In this document: positions 60,051 through 64,000 of the stretch, one piece after another
Layout of the letters: each line of letters begins with the position of its first letter
How positions within the stretch are numbered: position 1 is the stretch's first letter
NCBI GenBank assembly: GCA_951406725.2
Contig: OX597822.1
Coordinates: forward strand, 55,676,001-55,740,000
DNA: 64,000 nucleotides
Reading direction: 5' to 3'
From: Octopus vulgaris
Taxonomy: Eukaryota
Translations under genes and position numbers: made by a program
Notes under the pieces: model-generated
Told to the model about the DNA's origin: nothing
What the model saw: the letters and a program-made list of their open reading frames with translations, nothing else
The model's database searches: none

Positions 60051-61860
60051 CACACACACACATATATACGACGGACTTCTTTCAGTTTCCGTCTACCAAA
60101 TCCACTCACAAGGCTTTAGTCGGCCCGAGGCTATAGTAGACGACACTTGCCCAAGGTACAACGCAGTGGGACTGAACCCGGAACCATGTGGTTGGTAAAC
60201 AAGCTACTTACCTCACAGCCACTCCTGCGCCTGTTAACTTACCGCTCGCAGATCCTTTTTGAGGTATTTACCTTACTCGTGAGTTTCTCTTGTCGGCAGT
60301 TATTGAAGCTTTTTGATAACCTGTCATAGAGTTGCAGTTGCTGGTTTGATAGTTCCTTATTCAACCCAGTTCTCATGATTAAATCCACGTATCCGTGCCC
60401 GATATTTTCCTGTGTTTGTTGGCATTTTTAAGAGAGATTTTTCATTTTAATTGTATGCTAGGATTTCGTTTGATCTTTAGCGAATAGTAATTGCAATAAC
60501 ACTACAGCAGGACATTCAAAGCCCAAACACAGAGTTTCAATTTTCACTACGCTTTCTTTAGCTACTTGATCGATCGCGAATATCATAAAAGCTTCCAATT
60601 GATTCGGGTCGAATTCGTTCTTCTGAACAGCAGTTTGTCTATATAAAATGTAAATCTAGCTGTAAACTGTATTTTGAGTTGTTTATAATACTTAGCTCAT
60701 TTCTGTTAGTTCAGAACTGAGTGTCCGTATAATAGCAGCAGTTGTCTCTCTTGCTATGTATGTATGTATGTATGTATGTATGTATGTATGTATGTATGTA
60801 TGTATGGATGTATGTATGGATGGATGTATGGATGGATGGATGTATGGATGTATGTATGGATGGATGGATGGATTTGGGTGGGTGGATGGATGGATGACTG
60901 GATGGATGGATGGATGGATGGACGGAAGGATGTAAGGATGTGTGTGTGCCTATGCATGTAATTAGTTGGTCAGTCAGTTAGTCACTCTGTTGGGTAAGTA
61001 GGTAGGTAGGTAGGTAGGTAGGTAGGTAGGTAGGTAGGCAGACAGGCAGGCAGGATCTATAACCAAGATTTTAGGTGTCTAAATACTGCAAAGTTTGCAT
61101 AGGTCTACGAGGGAAGAAAAGTTAGCCTATGCGAAATTTTGTTAGACATTTTCTTACTTCCAACAAACGTCGGGTACTGCTGCGAGTTCTAACGCGCACA
61201 CACACACACACACACACACGCATGAACATGTACGTGTGTGCAATCGCGTGCTGTGTGTGTGTGTGTGTGAGTGTGTGTGTATGTATGTGTGTTTGACATA
61301 ACAAAAAACTGTAAAGGACGAACATGAATAAAAATACTAGATATTATTCTGATTGTCTCTGCTGTGTCCTCGTCCTACTTAGGGGAAAGTAATTGTGTTG
61401 AATGATTAGTTAGACAGGAACTTGTTTAGATCTGTACCAAACAGGAGTGTGTGAGCTTGATAATTTCATTATTGTTGATGGTGGTAGTGATTTTCGATTT
61501 AATAAAGTTACAGTTAGTAACATTTTCCCTGTTTTACAAATATTGCTTGTTGGTGTAGTTGCTTCGCTGTAAAATGATTTAATTCTGGATGCAGATCGGC
61601 CCAATATGATTTCAGTAGATTCATATAGCCAACAGCGGAGTTTTGTTTCGTATTTTTTTTGCAGTTAAATTCATAAATCGAAGAGAAATGACTTTTGTAA
61701 TTACGGTTTCTTCTATAACTACAGCTGGAACGTGTTTGTTTACCTATTGCACTGTTGTTTTCGTTTTGTTCCTCGGTTCTGTTGTTGTTGATGTTATATC
61801 CAGCCACGTTGTTATTAATAACTCTCTGCATGTATTTTTCTCGCTGAATTGTGAGAATTT
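58700..61860 (-). mobile_element. Highly decayed R4/Dong-like non-LTR relic, interrupted by a SINE and microsatellites
   Basis: N-terminal YMNLLKSYW...FTAKQL.QQA and RT-like QIGGK..S.C..LL fragments with many stops. Confidence 0.4.
59808..60231 (-). mobile_element. SINE family B, intact reference copy (empty target site)
   Basis: GGCGCAGGAGTGGCTGTGAGGTAAGTAGCTTGTTTACCAACCACATGGTTCCGGGTTCAGTCCC (A and B boxes), internal TA/TG tract, (AAAAGAGT)-like tail. Confidence 0.9.
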
Positions 61861-61879
61861 TTTGGGGGACGTATTCATC

Positions 61880-63711
61880 TTCGGTAATTGAGTGAATATT
61901 TTTCTCACCTACTTATGAGAACTGTATTGTGCCGTGAAAAACTTTAAGAATTGTGAGAACTGCTATATAGGGGAGTGTTTTGCCTCCGAAGTTTGAACAA
62001 TTTTTACCAATTTTATACCAATTTTTGTGGAAGTTGTGTTCCAGTTGCGGCGTTCCGGGTTCAATTTAGGCCGGGAGTAGCCAGACGATTTTTTGCTGTG
62101 TTATTGACTTTCTTTTGAACTTTATTTGACTTTCTCCTTTTTGTTTATTGTGACTTTCTGTTCATTTCTTTCCTTCTGTTGTGCTTTCTCCTTTTTTGTA
62201 TCCTTCTCACCTCTTAAAAACCTATCGTGAACCTTATTTGGACTTTGAACTTTTTTCACATGGCAAAGAAAAATGAAGCCACTGCTTTGGAGTGGGAGGT
62301 TGTCCCACCCAAGCAGTGGATTAAAGATCTTGAGAAGAGGACGGTGGTACTAAGAACCTATTCTAGGTCGCGTGGGGCCATCGCCCTCTCCGACAAGGAC
62401 ATAATAGAAAAAGAGTTGGCAGACCACCTGTTTATTTCTCGGGGGACCAAATTTGCAACGGTGTGGTTGCTGTTTGGTACCCCCGAAGAAGCTAGCAGAT
62501 TTGCTAGCGAGCCCCTTCAGGGAGAGGAAGTTTTGTTCCTCCCCTCGTATTGTGGAAGAAAAATAAAAAGAGCCTGGGTGTGCGGGCTGCCCCCGGGCAC
62601 GGAGGCGGGATGGATCGAGGAGACCATCCAACGAGGCCTGGGAGATAGTGGGCCCAGGCTTTTGAGTGTAAAAATTACTCCCGCGGTCGACTGGGAGGGG
62701 TCAAAGGCAATTTTGACCCTGTGGACCCCGGTGGCCGTGGGAGAGATGATATTCCCAGACTTCCTGAGAATGGCCGGGCACAGGTGCCCGGTGATACTCG
62801 AGGGACGCCTCCCCCAAGTGTCACCTGTGCCTGGAGACCGGCCACATTAAGAAGAACTGCCCCAGGGACCAAAGTAGGATCCTGGAGCAGTTAATGGTGG
62901 AATCTCTCCCTGCTTCCCCAATGGAGGGAGAGAAGCAGAAGAGTGACGAGGAGGTTGTTACATCCTCAAAACGTAAAAGAAAGGCGGGCAACAATGGTGA
63001 CCCACCGAAAGACCCGGGATCTGCGGGAGAAAAAGAGGACCCGTTGTGTACACCACAGGAACCTCACCCTCCAGCGGCCCAGGAAAAAAAGGAAAAAGAA
63101 ACGGGACGCCGCCGGTGAATTGTAACACGCGGACGGCGTCTCCCAAGCCTCCTCAGACGGGTGTGCCGCCGGAGGATAAATATGTGGTCCTCTTCCACAA
63201 AGGAGGAACCATTGAAAATGAGATAAGAAAAATGAAAAGGAGAGGCCAATGGGAGGGACTTCGGTCCTGCACAGAGGACCCTGAGTGGCCTTCGCAGGTG
63301 GCTGCGGAGGTCCTATGGGATAGCGATCTGTGAAGGATCGTGAATTCCTTCCCGGAGGACTCCTATAGATTTGTACCTGTGTGGTCTTGCCTGGAACCGG
63401 CTGAGTGCTTCAATAAAGCAAGAGAGCTGGTCGGCCGGTGATGTGAACTTTTTGTATATTTTGAAGGAACATTGTATTATATTGAAACCTGAACTTTCTG
63501 TATATTTTAAAAGAACATTGTAAGAGGTTTATTGCCTCATTATGATTTGTTGAAAAAAGAACATTATTTTTGAGAAGCGGAAGTCGGCGGGCGCTTTCGT
63601 CTTCTCCCATCATCATCTTCGTTCCATCGCCATCATTCATACCATTAATGTCTGTGTCCAGCCCGCAAAGCTACATCTGTGTAATGCCCCTGTGGCAAAT
63701 TAGATAAAATA
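61880..63711 (+). mobile_element. ORF1-only Tx1-like retroelement, copy 3 (5' end unclear)
   Basis: ORF1 from ATG 62260 with frameshifts (KCHLCLETGHIKKNC). Same 3' UTR; AATAAA followed by target AAGTAGCTTGCTTAC (63712-63726). Confidence 0.85.
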
Positions 63712-63726
63712 AAGTAGCTTGCTTAC

Positions 63727-64000
63727 GCGCATGCGTGTTTGTTAGTTGCTTATCGGATTGGACACTTTCAAGACGTGCATTGGTGGCCGTCTTAAATCGA
63801 AGAACTGTTGAAGAGGCGTGATTACAGGGTAGGCACTTGTTTTTTTTAAGGGACTTAGTGGGGAAGCTGTTGTATGACATTATTTTTCCTTTTTTCATAT
63901 AAGAAATCCTCACTTAGCGGTGAGAATTGTTTTGTTTTGGTGGGCGTGTGTCGCTACCAAAATTTGAAAAGTTTATAAAAATTCGACCCATTCGTGGAGG
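63727..64000 (+). mobile_element. 5' UTR of a probable fourth family member, running off the window
   Basis: Starts GCGCATGCG immediately after the target duplication, like copy 2. Shares the CTCACT...GTGAGAATTG hairpin with copy 1. Confidence 0.7.

Overview
Eukaryotic, AT-rich, microsatellite-dense and almost entirely transposon-derived DNA; the two tRNA-derived SINE families resemble octopus/cephalopod SINEs, so the host is inferred, not proven. The one host gene is a GT14 core-2/I-branching GlcNAc-transferase (GCNT-like). Its exons are at 7427-7968, 13454-13710 and 17092-17383, and the last exon appears frameshifted. Two systems stand out. (1) A family of about 2-kb ORF1-only (no RT or endonuclease) Tx1/L1-type retroelements: four copies, and every intact junction carries the same 15-bp site (AAGTAGCTTGCT(T/A)AC) from the tRNA-derived head of a SINE. 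The copies stack head-to-tail and share a predicted 3'-UTR pseudoknot and terminal hairpin. (2) A very young array of an endonuclease-positive Neptune-like Penelope element with two ORFs, a coiled-coil ORF1 and an RT+GIY-YIG ORF2. The ORFs are joined by an in-phase U UUU UUA -1 slippery site, and each unit carries a minimal U3-A8 hammerhead ribozyme. The window also holds a young non-autonomous gypsy LTR element, Merlin-like foldback MITEs, CRE, Tx1, Naiad and R4-like relics, two further hammerheads, an interstitial (CCCTAA)n array and a 100-N scaffold gap.
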